40,049 bases of DNA from a virus (lineage: Duplodnaviria; Caudoviricetes). The first letter of the stretch is position 1; each line of letters begins with the position of its first letter. The stretch spans positions 1 to 40,049 of the IMG/VR virus record IMGVR_UViG_3300008255_000230, one strand, 5' to 3'. The notes beneath the pieces are model-generated. The model saw only the letters and a list, made by a program, of their open reading frames with translations. It ran no database searches and was not told the origin of the DNA. This document shows, piece by piece, positions 14,366 through 24,210 of the stretch. The position numbers and the translations under genes are program-made.

Positions 14366-14920
14366 ATGTCTCCACAAATGTTTTCTTCACTAAAATCCTT
14401 TGATAGACGCCATCCGAGTGGGGATGGAAGAAGGAAGTATCAGCTCAAAGAACTTCGGTCGCGCCACCAAGAGATTTTGAGGAGAAACTTGGAGGGCCAA
14501 TCCAATGAGCGAATTGCCCAAGACCTTTCCATTACTCCTGTTGCTGTCTCCTACACACTGAACTCCGATATCGGAAGGGAGAAGATAGAAGAGCTCCAGG
14601 TAATAGGAGATTTGGATACAGCCTCAGTTATTAGAGAAATCCATGATCTTATTCCCCATGCGCTCCAGGTTCACGGAGATATTGTTAAGGATGAGAATAT
14701 GGATCCTCGAATCCGTCAGAAGTCCGCAGACAGTATTTTGGACCGCGGTGGCTTTGGTCGTGTAACCAGAGTTGAGGCGCACATGAAACATGAGAAAGAC
14801 GTTCAGAGGGGGAAAGAGGAAATTCGGAAGAGGGCAGTTGAGCTTGGTCTAATCAAACCAGTTATTGAGTGCTCAAGTAATGAGCTATGCACAACACAGT
14901 TGGAGATTAAAGATGAATAG
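14366..14920 (+). CDS. putative terminase small subunit (HTH)
   Basis: HTH GQSNERIAQDLSITPVAVS and IRQKSADSILDRGG motif; first gene of the packaging arm. Confidence 0.65.
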   Translation: MSPQMFSSLKSFDRRHPSGDGRRKYQLKELRSRHQEILRRNLEGQSNERIAQDLSITPVAVSYTLNSDIGREKIEELQVIGDLDTASVIREIHDLIPHALQVHGDIVKDENMDPRIRQKSADSILDRGGFGRVTRVEAHMKHEKDVQRGKEEIRKRAVELGLIKPVIECSSNELCTTQLEIKDE

Positions 14921-15587
14921 GGAGAAAACAGAGTTCATTGTAATCCACACTGCTGCTGCCGCCTACAACAAAATGCCAATTGATCAAAGTGCAGAAACAA
15001 TCAAACTCTATCATGAAATTCACAATGGTTGGTCTGATATCGGATATCATTATGTAATTCGGATGGGTGGTGCTATCGAAGTTGGTAGACCACAAAATGA
15101 GGTTGGTGCTCATGTACTTGGCTTAAATGATAGGTCATTGGGAATCTGCTTGTCTGGTCACGGAGATATCTCAGCACCACCCCCTGAGCAGTGGGCCTCT
15201 CTTCTTACACTTACACAACAGATGATGAGCAACTACAATATTCCAGTAGAAAAAGTTATTGGTCACAGGGAAGCTTCTCAATACCTTCCACCCCATTTAG
15301 AGGTTTATAAGACTTGTCCAGGCACTAAATGTGATATGGATAAGTTAAGAGCCCAACTTCAAGCGTCTACCCCTACGCTTAAAATTGATGAGAAGCTCCC
15401 TGTGATCTTCTATGACAAAGAGGGTGAGCATATAACACAAGATGTGAGAACCTATCAGAACACGCTCAATGTCATTTTGGATAGCCGAAACCAGTTTCTC
15501 CTAATTGATGGATGGGCTGGAAAAAAGACCTCGGATGCTACAAAGATGGTACTCGGCCACTACTTGGTCGGTGATCCAAGAGGTTGA
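14913..15587 (+). CDS. endolysin, N-acetylmuramoyl-L-alanine amidase (Amidase_2)
   Basis: IVIHT, WSDIGYHY, GAHVLG.N..SLGI, GHRE, KTCPG; C-terminal PG-binding-like IDG.AG..T. Start at 14913 after GGAG. Confidence 0.92.
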   Translation: MNREKTEFIVIHTAAAAYNKMPIDQSAETIKLYHEIHNGWSDIGYHYVIRMGGAIEVGRPQNEVGAHVLGLNDRSLGICLSGHGDISAPPPEQWASLLTLTQQMMSNYNIPVEKVIGHREASQYLPPHLEVYKTCPGTKCDMDKLRAQLQASTPTLKIDEKLPVIFYDKEGEHITQDVRTYQNTLNVILDSRNQFLLIDGWAGKKTSDATKMVLGHYLVGDPRG

Positions 15588-15618
15588 GTTATGCTCAACT
15601 TTTGTTCAAAAAGTGAAC
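15585..15618. promoter_or_regulatory. double-palindrome element TGAGTTATGCTCA-N6-GTTCA-N5-TGAAC (copy 2)
   Basis: Same layout and spacing as 3478-3512. Confidence 0.6.
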
Positions 15619-15628
15619 GGAGATAAAG

Positions 15629-16222
15629 ATGGCAACAACCTACTATAAGTCGATAAAAGGGTATGTGAATGAACTAACTGCTTTACGACGAATTCTGAAT
15701 AATCAGATAAATGTTGTGAACACCTTCCAATCTATGTATCTAATAAAAAATGAGAGGGGAAAACTCCCTGGTGTAATCTGGAGTGAGGTCGACGCCTATA
15801 ATGAGACACTCGACAACTTCAGAACTCAAGTATCTAGTACTGAGGTAATTGCTAATCCATACAAAATTCCATTCGTAGCAAACCCTGCTATTAATACCAC
15901 AATTGGTAGTTTCTCCACAGTTGTAGATTATCTAGCCTCTGGTCACGGTGCAATAATTGCATACGATGAAAACGGTGATCCTCTAACTGGAGTCTGGTAT
16001 CCCTACCTATATGAGTCTGGTCCTCCTATCAGCTCTAGCACAACTGACACCATAACAATTTTCTACCCAGATGGAACCAGTGAACAAAAAACTGTATATA
16101 ACACCGTCGATTATGGTGGGGTTACACGAGCCGCGTTAGTACTAACAACTACCTTAGCACAAGCAGTTACGAAGAACTCAAATCTCTCAGTGGTCTTATT
16201 CAGTCGGATAGATTTGCTCTAA
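15629..16222 (+). CDS. hypothetical protein, possibly virion-associated
   Basis: GGAG RBS; Thr/Val-rich beta C-terminal half. Confidence 0.7.
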   Translation: MATTYYKSIKGYVNELTALRRILNNQINVVNTFQSMYLIKNERGKLPGVIWSEVDAYNETLDNFRTQVSSTEVIANPYKIPFVANPAINTTIGSFSTVVDYLASGHGAIIAYDENGDPLTGVWYPYLYESGPPISSSTTDTITIFYPDGTSEQKTVYNTVDYGGVTRAALVLTTTLAQAVTKNSNLSVVLFSRIDLL

Positions 16223-17778
16223 TGCCAAACGATGTTGACATAAGATCTGATTGGTGGGTCGAAATAATGGCCAAATGCCAATTCAGCTTTGAGAACTACT
16301 GCAAAGTGTTTCATCCAGAACGATTTACTCGCCCATTCAGTAAGGCCCATTACCAGCTGTTTGAAATGGTCGATGATCCAACTATAAAGAGGGTTTTGGT
16401 ACTAGCACACAGGGGATTTGGGAAATCCTCAATCTTCAACTTCGCCCTTCCAAGTTGGGCAATTGTGTTTGATAAAGCCAAATTTATCGCTCCCGTCAGT
16501 GCGTCAGCCACCGTAGCTATTATGCACAGCGAAAACTTGAAACGAATACTAACATCTGAGAGTCGCTTCAAATCGGTGATTGGGAAGATTGATAGTGACA
16601 GTTTCTCGAAAGAGGAATGGACTACTGGGAATGGCTGCTTTGTGTTGCCCCGAGGAGTTGGACAGCAGATTCGAGGAGTTTTGCACGACAACAGTCGGTT
16701 GGAACTTGGAATTTGTGATGACCTAGAAACTAAAGACGGTGTACTAAGTGAGGAGCAGAGAGAGAAGTTGAAGAAGTGGTTCTTCTCAGACTTCTGTAAT
16801 GCTGTTAATCTCAGCTCTAATACGTATCGAATCTTTGTGATTGGGACTGTTCTGCATGAAGCCTCTCTCTTGCAAGATTTGAGAGAAGATTCTAGTTGGC
16901 AGAAGCTTGAATTCCCCCTCTGTGATGATGAGTACAAAAGCTATTGGCCTGCTTTTATGGATGATGCGGCTGTATCTGATCTCGCTCAAGGATATGAGAA
17001 ACAAGGACTACTTGAGGAATTCTTCCTTGAGTTTTGCAACGTAGCTAATCCTAAACAAGACGCTGTTTTCCGTAAAGAGATGTTCAAGTACTATGACGAA
17101 GGTGAGCTAAACCTAAATGGTGACCAGTACGAGAATGTTATTATAGTAGACCCAACTAAGTCTGAGAAAAGCCATACTGCATTCAGCGCAATTATTGGAG
17201 TTGCCTATGATTCGCAGCGCAACAACTTCTATATACGCGACATTGTGAATGAGCGCGTTACAACTGATGACCTCTACGAGCGTATTTTCGACATGGCTGA
17301 GAGGCTCAATGCTAGAGTTATTGGAATAGAAGTTACTGGGTTGGAAGAGTTTGTTAAGAAACCTCTAACTGACTATATGCTAAAGAAGGGCCGCCACTAC
17401 GAATTGGTTTGGCTCAAAGCACGTAGAGGGATTGGAGAATTCAGTCTACGCACAAAGGGTAAGTCTGGACGCATTGCACAGTTAGCCCCTTATTACCGAA
17501 TGGGCCATATCTATCACAATCCTCACACATGTGAGGTTCTCGAACATCAATTGCTTAACTTCCCAAGGGCTAGACATTGGGACGTTATGGATGGAACTGC
17601 CTATTTGATTGAGATGTTTGACCTTGGTGATCGCTATTTCTCAGAGACACAACAGATGGATGGTACATCAAAGATTAGTAGTGTTGAAGAGATGGAGCTC
17701 CGCGAACTAGATCGTATGCTCGCGGAGGATGCGAAAGACTCCTATCTGTTGGGAGAAGAGGAAGTGCTTTATGGCTAA
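16222..17778 (+). CDS. terL: terminase large subunit
   Basis: Walker A HRGFGKSS, Walker B ICDDLE, IGT coupling motif, nuclease IIVDP...HWDVMDG. Confidence 0.93.
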   Translation: MPNDVDIRSDWWVEIMAKCQFSFENYCKVFHPERFTRPFSKAHYQLFEMVDDPTIKRVLVLAHRGFGKSSIFNFALPSWAIVFDKAKFIAPVSASATVAIMHSENLKRILTSESRFKSVIGKIDSDSFSKEEWTTGNGCFVLPRGVGQQIRGVLHDNSRLELGICDDLETKDGVLSEEQREKLKKWFFSDFCNAVNLSSNTYRIFVIGTVLHEASLLQDLREDSSWQKLEFPLCDDEYKSYWPAFMDDAAVSDLAQGYEKQGLLEEFFLEFCNVANPKQDAVFRKEMFKYYDEGELNLNGDQYENVIIVDPTKSEKSHTAFSAIIGVAYDSQRNNFYIRDIVNERVTTDDLYERIFDMAERLNARVIGIEVTGLEEFVKKPLTDYMLKKGRHYELVWLKARRGIGEFSLRTKGKSGRIAQLAPYYRMGHIYHNPHTCEVLEHQLLNFPRARHWDVMDGTAYLIEMFDLGDRYFSETQQMDGTSKISSVEEMELRELDRMLAEDAKDSYLLGEEEVLYG

Positions 17779-19804
17779 AGTGAGAGTATCACTAGGCGAT
17801 ATGAAGAACTTCCATATCTTTGATACAGCAAAGCATCCGTGGTTCTCACTTCTCTTGGAGAGTGGGCTCTCAGCTATTACAGCTGGAAATATCTTTTCAA
17901 TAGATGCTAATGGAAATGGCCAACCTGTTTCCCTAACCAGTCTTGGTGGAGTCCTCTACAGTGGTACAGCACTTAACAGACAAGTACCAGTATTCAGCCC
18001 TGACCAAACAACGATTATTGCAAGTCCAGTCTATATTGGGTTAACTGGAATTGTGACTGGTGTACTTGACTTAACAGCCACTGGTGTGTTGACTGGTGGA
18101 AGCTTGGTAACTGGTGGTAATATTGGTGTGGCCGCTGACTCTGACCTTTTACAACTAGCTCTTGATAGTCTAACAATTAATGGCGCAGTCAGCAGTAGTA
18201 ACTTGTCCGGAACAAATACCGGTGATATAAGTCTTGGTGGCGTTTATGACTATCTGACCTTAGTTGGTCAGGTGTTGACAAGGGGGCAGATAGACCTTGC
18301 TGCGGATGTGACTGGAACGCTACCCATTGGAAATGGCGGAACAGGTGAAACGGCGTTTGGCACAAACAGGGTTATCTACCAACACGCCACGACAGGTAAA
18401 CTTACTAGCGTCAACACGTTTGTGTTTGACGGGACAAATCTTGGTATAGGCACAGACACTCCGTTGAACCTATTGCATATTGTAAAAAGTAATAGTGGGG
18501 GTACATCAACAGCTGCACGTCTGGAAAACCCGTTCTCTGTTGCTGATACAGGTGTATCATTCGACTTTCGTGTACACGCCTCAAATACGATAACAGGTAG
18601 AATTACTAACCTGATGGATTCTCTCACAGCAGAGCGCCATCTTGTTTTCAGGACGTTCACTGCCGCTGGCTCGCTCAGCGAGAAGATGAGAATAACCGGA
18701 GATGGGAAAATTGGTATTGGGATAACAGTCCCAACTGTCAAACTTGATGTAGTTGGGGATATTAAAGCTAGTGCAACAACAGAGGGCACCACCCACTACT
18801 TCAACAGCACCCTGTATAGCAGAGCGGCTGTGGCAACCTTACGAGCAACAGGCCACTCCATAAACTTCAGTCTGGACGCGACCTATTGCAACCTTAACAC
18901 AGCAGCCTATCGCATTTTGCAATCTGGCACAGCTAACATGAGTCAAAGCTGGTGGGCAAATAACAGCACTCCATCGACGGTACAGTATTTATCGTGGTTC
19001 TGTATCTTGGATGATACAACAGCGGGAAGTGAGGATGCTCATTTCGCATTGGGCGGCAGGGTAGCAGGAACATATGGCTACAATAAAATACTGTTGTGGC
19101 CCAATGGAGATGCAGATTTTGTTGGCAGTATAAACGTGGTTAACGTTGATGCTAGTGGCGTCTATTATGCTGGGTCCAGTAACATCCAGGTTACGAAGTC
19201 AACAGGCTTGATAAGGGGTGCTGCGTTAGCGGCAGGTGGCGCTGCTGCGAAGTTCCTTGAGTATGTTGATGCTGACACAGTTCAATGGTCAACACCTTCT
19301 GGCTCAGCGGTCAACTACATATGGCTAACTGCCATAGATGGCTACGCCCCTGCGGCGTCCGCCGCATCTGAAAGCATTGTGAGTATAACCAACAGAAAGA
19401 TTAAGACGATTAGCTTCGCTGACAACTCCACAACTTATTACGAGTTTCAGTTTGTGTGGCCGCCTGGCTATGGCGGTGGCACATTGACTGCAACCATAAT
19501 CTGGACAACGGCAAGTGGCACAGCAGGTAGCCGTGACTGCCGGTGGCAGATTGAACTGGCGTCTGTTGGGCAGGCGGATAGCCTGAAAGCGGCATGGGGC
19601 ACGGCTGTCTTGGAGACAGGAAGTTACGGTGGCGGGTCAACAGACTATAAGAATGAGACAACTGCGGTTAGTGGAGCAATAACGCCAAGTGGAACGCCTG
19701 CTGCCGGTGAGATGGGATACATGAGAGTGGCAAGGATAGGCGCGGATGCAGATGACACACTGGGTGGCGCGGCTTTGTTAATTGCAGTTAAACTAGCTGC
19801 ATAA
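17771..19804 (+). CDS. tail fibre / receptor-binding protein
   Basis: Start at MAKVRV (17771); Gly/Thr-rich with VTGTLPIGNGGTG, NLGIGTDTP and EKMRITGDGKIGIG...P...LDVVG fibre repeats. Confidence 0.8.
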   Translation: MAKVRVSLGDMKNFHIFDTAKHPWFSLLLESGLSAITAGNIFSIDANGNGQPVSLTSLGGVLYSGTALNRQVPVFSPDQTTIIASPVYIGLTGIVTGVLDLTATGVLTGGSLVTGGNIGVAADSDLLQLALDSLTINGAVSSSNLSGTNTGDISLGGVYDYLTLVGQVLTRGQIDLAADVTGTLPIGNGGTGETAFGTNRVIYQHATTGKLTSVNTFVFDGTNLGIGTDTPLNLLHIVKSNSGGTSTAARLENPFSVADTGVSFDFRVHASNTITGRITNLMDSLTAERHLVFRTFTAAGSLSEKMRITGDGKIGIGITVPTVKLDVVGDIKASATTEGTTHYFNSTLYSRAAVATLRATGHSINFSLDATYCNLNTAAYRILQSGTANMSQSWWANNSTPSTVQYLSWFCILDDTTAGSEDAHFALGGRVAGTYGYNKILLWPNGDADFVGSINVVNVDASGVYYAGSSNIQVTKSTGLIRGAALAAGGAAAKFLEYVDADTVQWSTPSGSAVNYIWLTAIDGYAPAASAASESIVSITNRKIKTISFADNSTTYYEFQFVWPPGYGGGTLTATIIWTTASGTAGSRDCRWQIELASVGQADSLKAAWGTAVLETGSYGGGSTDYKNETTAVSGAITPSGTPAAGEMGYMRVARIGADADDTLGGAALLIAVKLAA

Positions 19805-19818
19805 GAGAGGATAAAGAA

Positions 19819-20238
19819 ATGATAGACAAAAATCGCGATGTGCTTGCGGGAGCATCGGCTTTGTTACTAGCTTTACTAGGTGGTTGTACAACTGTCAGTA
19901 CTCACTTCGACGAACAGATCACGGAGAATGTTGATGGTTCTATCGTGACCAATACGATCTATGAGGCGAAAAGCCAAGCAGCCCCTCTTGGAAAACTTGA
20001 GACAGCCAACCAGCAATGGACATACCGCTGGGGTGGAGAAGAGAATGTTATTGGGACCGGCCAAGCTGCTCAAGGGCTGGACAACACCGGGCAGACGGTC
20101 ATTGTGGACCTGATACGGGCTTTGCTAGGGGAGTTGCGAGCGGCCTATGAGACGGGCCAAGTTGAAAAGACGAATAGGGCTGCAATTGATGCGACAAGAC
20201 CACCTGAACCACCAATTGTTCTGAATGTCACACCATAA
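19819..20238 (+). CDS. putative lipoprotein (possible lysis accessory)
   Basis: Signal peptide with lipobox LLALLGG-C. Confidence 0.65.
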   Translation: MIDKNRDVLAGASALLLALLGGCTTVSTHFDEQITENVDGSIVTNTIYEAKSQAAPLGKLETANQQWTYRWGGEENVIGTGQAAQGLDNTGQTVIVDLIRALLGELRAAYETGQVEKTNRAAIDATRPPEPPIVLNVTP

Positions 20239-20626
20239 AATGGAGTTCCTTATGTATATCTTCATCACATCTAAATTTTGGATTCTCTCCTCTGTGATGA
20301 CTGCCACTATATGGCCAGCTATGCAAACTGCTGTAGGACAGATGAACGCGGTGGTAGGAACTGATGTTGGCTATTCTTCCATTATTGAGACGACCATCAG
20401 TTCATTAGGCCCATCAATTGTAGTTGCTTGGGCCATCTTGAAACAGGCTTGGTCTAGGGAAATGCGAATGAGTGACCGTATAAATCTACTTGAAGATAGA
20501 GCACAACTGAATGTCACTACCCATAATGAACTTATAAAAGAACTTAATTTAATTATTGAAAAGTTGAGAAGTGACTTCAAAACTGGCGTTACCGAAGATG
20601 GAATTAATAAGAGGGTGACAAAATGA
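20225..20626 (+). CDS. putative holin-like membrane protein
   Basis: Two hydrophobic segments followed by a charged coiled coil; start uncertain. Confidence 0.5.
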   Translation: MSHHKMEFLMYIFITSKFWILSSVMTATIWPAMQTAVGQMNAVVGTDVGYSSIIETTISSLGPSIVVAWAILKQAWSREMRMSDRINLLEDRAQLNVTTHNELIKELNLIIEKLRSDFKTGVTEDGINKRVTK

Positions 20627-20850
20627 ATCCACTGGAAGACTTGACCAATGTTGAGTTTGAGAACTACTTGATTGCAAGACTAAGACGGGAGAAAGAACTT
20701 CTCCATAACAACAGAAGTAAAGAAGGGGCACTAACTAATGAAGAACGAGCAGCTTACGGAGACAAATTCACAGAGAAGTGGAACAACCAACTCAGAGCAG
20801 AAGACTTCAAACAACCAGCAGAAGTTGACCCCACTAATCGCGTTGAGTAA
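20623..20850 (+). CDS. hypothetical protein
   Basis: GAGGG RBS, ATGA overlap. Confidence 0.5.
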   Translation: MNPLEDLTNVEFENYLIARLRREKELLHNNRSKEGALTNEERAAYGDKFTEKWNNQLRAEDFKQPAEVDPTNRVE

Positions 20851-20992
20851 CTTATCCCTGGTGGTAAATGCCTCAGTTATGGAAGAGCAGTACAAGATGT
20901 TGATGAGACGAAGCCTTATTGTATTGGCCAATAAGTTGGGTGAAGATCCAACTCAATTCCTTCCCACATTCGATTTGACAGAAGGTAGATGA
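20738..20992 (+). CDS. hypothetical protein
   Basis: Ends 1 bp before the portal start; overlaps 20623..20850. Confidence 0.45.
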   Translation: MKNEQLTETNSQRSGTTNSEQKTSNNQQKLTPLIALSNLSLVVNASVMEEQYKMLMRRSLIVLANKLGEDPTQFLPTFDLTEGR

Positions 20993-20993
20993 A

Positions 20994-22961
20994 ATGCCAA
21001 TAATGATTACAACTCCCTACGGGAATGTGGATAACCGAGAAGCTATTGAGTTCGGAAAACTCAGAAGCAAATACAGGGAGTTCTATCCACCAAATGTGGA
21101 CTTAACTCCAGGAACGGAAGTTCATGATAGGTTGGCTAGACACATTCTGGAGTTGTCCTTCGAATCAGAGAGGTTCATGAGTCAAAAGTTCCGACAATGG
21201 AATTTGATTGACGACATGTTGACTGGGTATATACCGACTAGTGATTACGAGAAAAAGCTGGAAAATGCTGATCCAAACACTCCAATAAGTATTGTAGTCC
21301 CCGAATCTTACTCTACCCTTGAGACGTTACTCACCTACATGATGGCCGCATACAGTGAGAGTCCAATGTTCGAATACGAGGGAATGGGGCCAGAGGATTT
21401 GATAGGCTCAATTCTGATGGAGAAAGTAGTTGAGGTTCAAACCAGACGGTCGAAGGCACTATTGGCTTTGCACACTCAATGGCGGGATGCATTCACCTAT
21501 GGGATTGGTATAGTAGCTGTTGCTTGGACAACGAAGAGTGGTAAACGTCCTGTTCTTAATGATTTAGGACTCTATGACCCGTCTAGTGGAGCTTTTATTA
21601 AAACAGGAACTGAGAAGGTAATCGAAGATTATGTCTACTTCGAGGGAAGCCAAATCTACAACATTAGCCCCTACTACTACCTACCTGATCCGAACACTGA
21701 ACTTTACAACCCGCAAGGTGGAGATCGTGTTGGTTGGTTGGAAGAGGACACACTTCTTTCATTAAAAAGGTCTGAGGCGGAACAAGGCTCTATGTACTTT
21801 AATGTTGGGTATTTAGAAGGTAGAGCAACCACCTCCGCACTGTATACAACTGGCCATGGTGCGATAAACAGAGGGATTACTGGTAGAGACAGTAGTGGTG
21901 GTTATTCTGCAACTCAGGCAGTTGATAAGATCTGGATGCACGAGTGGATAATTCCCAGTGAATGGAACTTGGGTTCAACAAATGAACCAGTCTTATATCT
22001 CTTTTGCCTAGCTGGAGATGGAATCATTATCGCTTGCCATAGCTTGGACCTCTACCATAATATGTTCCCAGTGGCTGTGTGTGCACCAGATTATGGTGGG
22101 CATGAGATAATGCCTATCTCCCGTCTTGAAACTATGTACGGTTTGCAGAAGGGCATGAACTTTTGGTATAACTCAAAAGTTGAGAATATTAGACAGATGC
22201 TTTGGATGGCCTTCCTGGTTGATCCAAAATCAGTTAATATGCACGATGTAATAAATAGGAACCGCTTCATTCGTACTAGGCGCCCAGTCTGGGGTCGTGG
22301 CATCAAAGATATTATGGAGCAACTCCAAGTTAGTAATATCACACAGGATTTTACTCAAGAGATGCTTATGTCGAGAGAGATGAGCCGTAATGTAACTGGT
22401 GCCACGGATGCTCTCCAAGGGTTGCAGCGCACCAAAGGGGAGAGAGTAACAAAGGCTGAATTCCAATCCACAATGGGTTCGGCATTAAGCAGATTGCAGA
22501 AATCTGCACAGCTTATCTCACTTCAATCTATGTACGACATTGCCCTGATGTATGCCATGAACACTCAGCAATTTATGTCAGAAGATACATATGTCAAGAC
22601 ATTGGGTAGGTGGGAAGAGACTTTAAGGGGAGAGTATGGGATTACTGATCCGACTATTAAGGTACGTCCATCTGATCTCAATGTACTATTTGATATCAAG
22701 ATAAAAGATGGTAGTGTAGACAGTAGTGAGTTTACAGACAACTGGATTCAGCTACTACAGATTATGATGCAAAATCCAGAAACCCTGCAAACCTTTGACT
22801 ATACACGATTGATCCTGCACGTCGCCAGAATGATGAAAGCAAAGAATGCTGAGGAATTCCTCAAGAAGGGTCCACCTGTTGGGGTTCAGGAGCAATCCAC
22901 AGAGCAGATTCAACAAGGTGTGCAGGCTGGAAATCTTGTGTCCTTAAACGAGGCTGTGTAA
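20994..22961 (+). CDS. portal protein
   Basis: 655 aa, DAFTYGIGIV, SPYYYLPDP, VTGATDALQG...TKAE motifs of podoviral portals; precedes scaffold and capsid. Confidence 0.85.
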   Translation: MPIMITTPYGNVDNREAIEFGKLRSKYREFYPPNVDLTPGTEVHDRLARHILELSFESERFMSQKFRQWNLIDDMLTGYIPTSDYEKKLENADPNTPISIVVPESYSTLETLLTYMMAAYSESPMFEYEGMGPEDLIGSILMEKVVEVQTRRSKALLALHTQWRDAFTYGIGIVAVAWTTKSGKRPVLNDLGLYDPSSGAFIKTGTEKVIEDYVYFEGSQIYNISPYYYLPDPNTELYNPQGGDRVGWLEEDTLLSLKRSEAEQGSMYFNVGYLEGRATTSALYTTGHGAINRGITGRDSSGGYSATQAVDKIWMHEWIIPSEWNLGSTNEPVLYLFCLAGDGIIIACHSLDLYHNMFPVAVCAPDYGGHEIMPISRLETMYGLQKGMNFWYNSKVENIRQMLWMAFLVDPKSVNMHDVINRNRFIRTRRPVWGRGIKDIMEQLQVSNITQDFTQEMLMSREMSRNVTGATDALQGLQRTKGERVTKAEFQSTMGSALSRLQKSAQLISLQSMYDIALMYAMNTQQFMSEDTYVKTLGRWEETLRGEYGITDPTIKVRPSDLNVLFDIKIKDGSVDSSEFTDNWIQLLQIMMQNPETLQTFDYTRLILHVARMMKAKNAEEFLKKGPPVGVQEQSTEQIQQGVQAGNLVSLNEAV

Positions 22962-23221
22962 TGGAAGAACATGTTATAAAGACAGAACGTAGACAACTTG
23001 AGGTGTTCTTTAAGAGTGAAATTTGGAAAGACATCATAGGGTTGTTGAAAGATGGGATTAGTGATGGACAAGAAGAATTGGAATCTAAAGAACTTGGGAT
23101 AGAAGAAACTGCATTTTTGCGGGGTCGGCTCTTTCAAATCCGTCGTTTGTTAGAGTTAGAAGAAACAGTGTTAGAACTAAAGGATGTTCAAGAAGAGGAG
23201 ACGAGTAATGGAAACGAATGA
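22961..23221 (+). CDS. small portal-adjacent protein
   Basis: FFKSEIWK...FLRGRL pattern; typical position between portal and scaffold. Confidence 0.7.
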   Translation: MEEHVIKTERRQLEVFFKSEIWKDIIGLLKDGISDGQEELESKELGIEETAFLRGRLFQIRRLLELEETVLELKDVQEEETSNGNE

Positions 23222-24206
23222 GAAGAAAGAAAAAAATGAGCGAAAACTTGTAGATTCGTCAGAATTCTACGGGGATAAAGTGACTGATCAACTCTCCGAA
23301 ATGGAGTCCGCGTTCACTGGTCCCCCACCTGATAGTACCGAAGTGTTGAGTGAATATGAACAGTATAAGGCAGATAAAGATTCAGGTAAAATCACCGGAG
23401 TAGTCCCCCCTGAGGTGAGGAAAAAGAAAGTTGTTGGGGAAGAGGAAGAGGGTGAAGAGGACGAAAAATCCTCTGACCCTACAAAAGAAAGTGATGAGGG
23501 GGAAGAAGAAAGTGATGAGGATGAAGAAAGTGATGAGGGGGAAGAAGTTGATGAACTAACTACGTTGAAGGAACGTAATGCTGCTCTTGAGGACATGCTG
23601 AATAGATTGGCCCGTGGTGAAACGATAGAACCCACTATTAGTGAAGAAGCCAAGGAAGTTGCCAACCGGACAACTGCGGTAGTCGAACGCGTACTGCCGA
23701 AGCCAATCGAAGGTATGAAGGAACTCTCAGATGAGGAATTCGAGGAGCTGTTTGAGGACAAAGACAAGTTCAACTCCTACATTAATGACGTTGCTCAGAG
23801 GGCGCGGCAACAAACTCTCCAGAGTACCGGCGTAATTGTGCAGGGGATTATAGAGACTCGTCAACGAGTTGATGGCTTCTTCAAAAAGCCAGAGAACTCA
23901 GATCTAACAGCTATTAGGGAATTCATTTTGAGACGCGCGGTAGATATTGAGTCCGACAAACCTGGTATTAAACCAGAGGATGCATTATCTCAAAGTGCGA
24001 AAGAGTTCCGTGAGCAGATAAAGGCAAGCTCTAGTCGTAGGTCCAGAGAAGTAGAGGAGAAGAAAAACTCTGCTCGGGCTAAGGCTGGTCGGTTTGCAAG
24101 TCCTCCGAAAAGGAAGGGCGCAGTTAAGGTAGCGAATCGAGATGAAGGAACTACCGTAGCTGATGAAATAGAACGAATGGAAAGAGCGTTAAACGCTGGA
24201 GGTTAA
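23208..24206 (+). CDS. capsid scaffolding protein
   Basis: Start METNEK after GAGGAG; very acidic low-complexity N-terminal half, helical core, basic tail. Confidence 0.7.
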   Translation: METNEKKEKNERKLVDSSEFYGDKVTDQLSEMESAFTGPPPDSTEVLSEYEQYKADKDSGKITGVVPPEVRKKKVVGEEEEGEEDEKSSDPTKESDEGEEESDEDEESDEGEEVDELTTLKERNAALEDMLNRLARGETIEPTISEEAKEVANRTTAVVERVLPKPIEGMKELSDEEFEELFEDKDKFNSYINDVAQRARQQTLQSTGVIVQGIIETRQRVDGFFKKPENSDLTAIREFILRRAVDIESDKPGIKPEDALSQSAKEFREQIKASSSRRSREVEEKKNSARAKAGRFASPPKRKGAVKVANRDEGTTVADEIERMERALNAGG

Positions 24207-24210
24207 TAAG

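Noticed and set aside
17771-19804. Diversity-generating retroelement target in the fibre
   Set aside because: No TR/VR pair differing at adenines and no reverse transcriptase seen.
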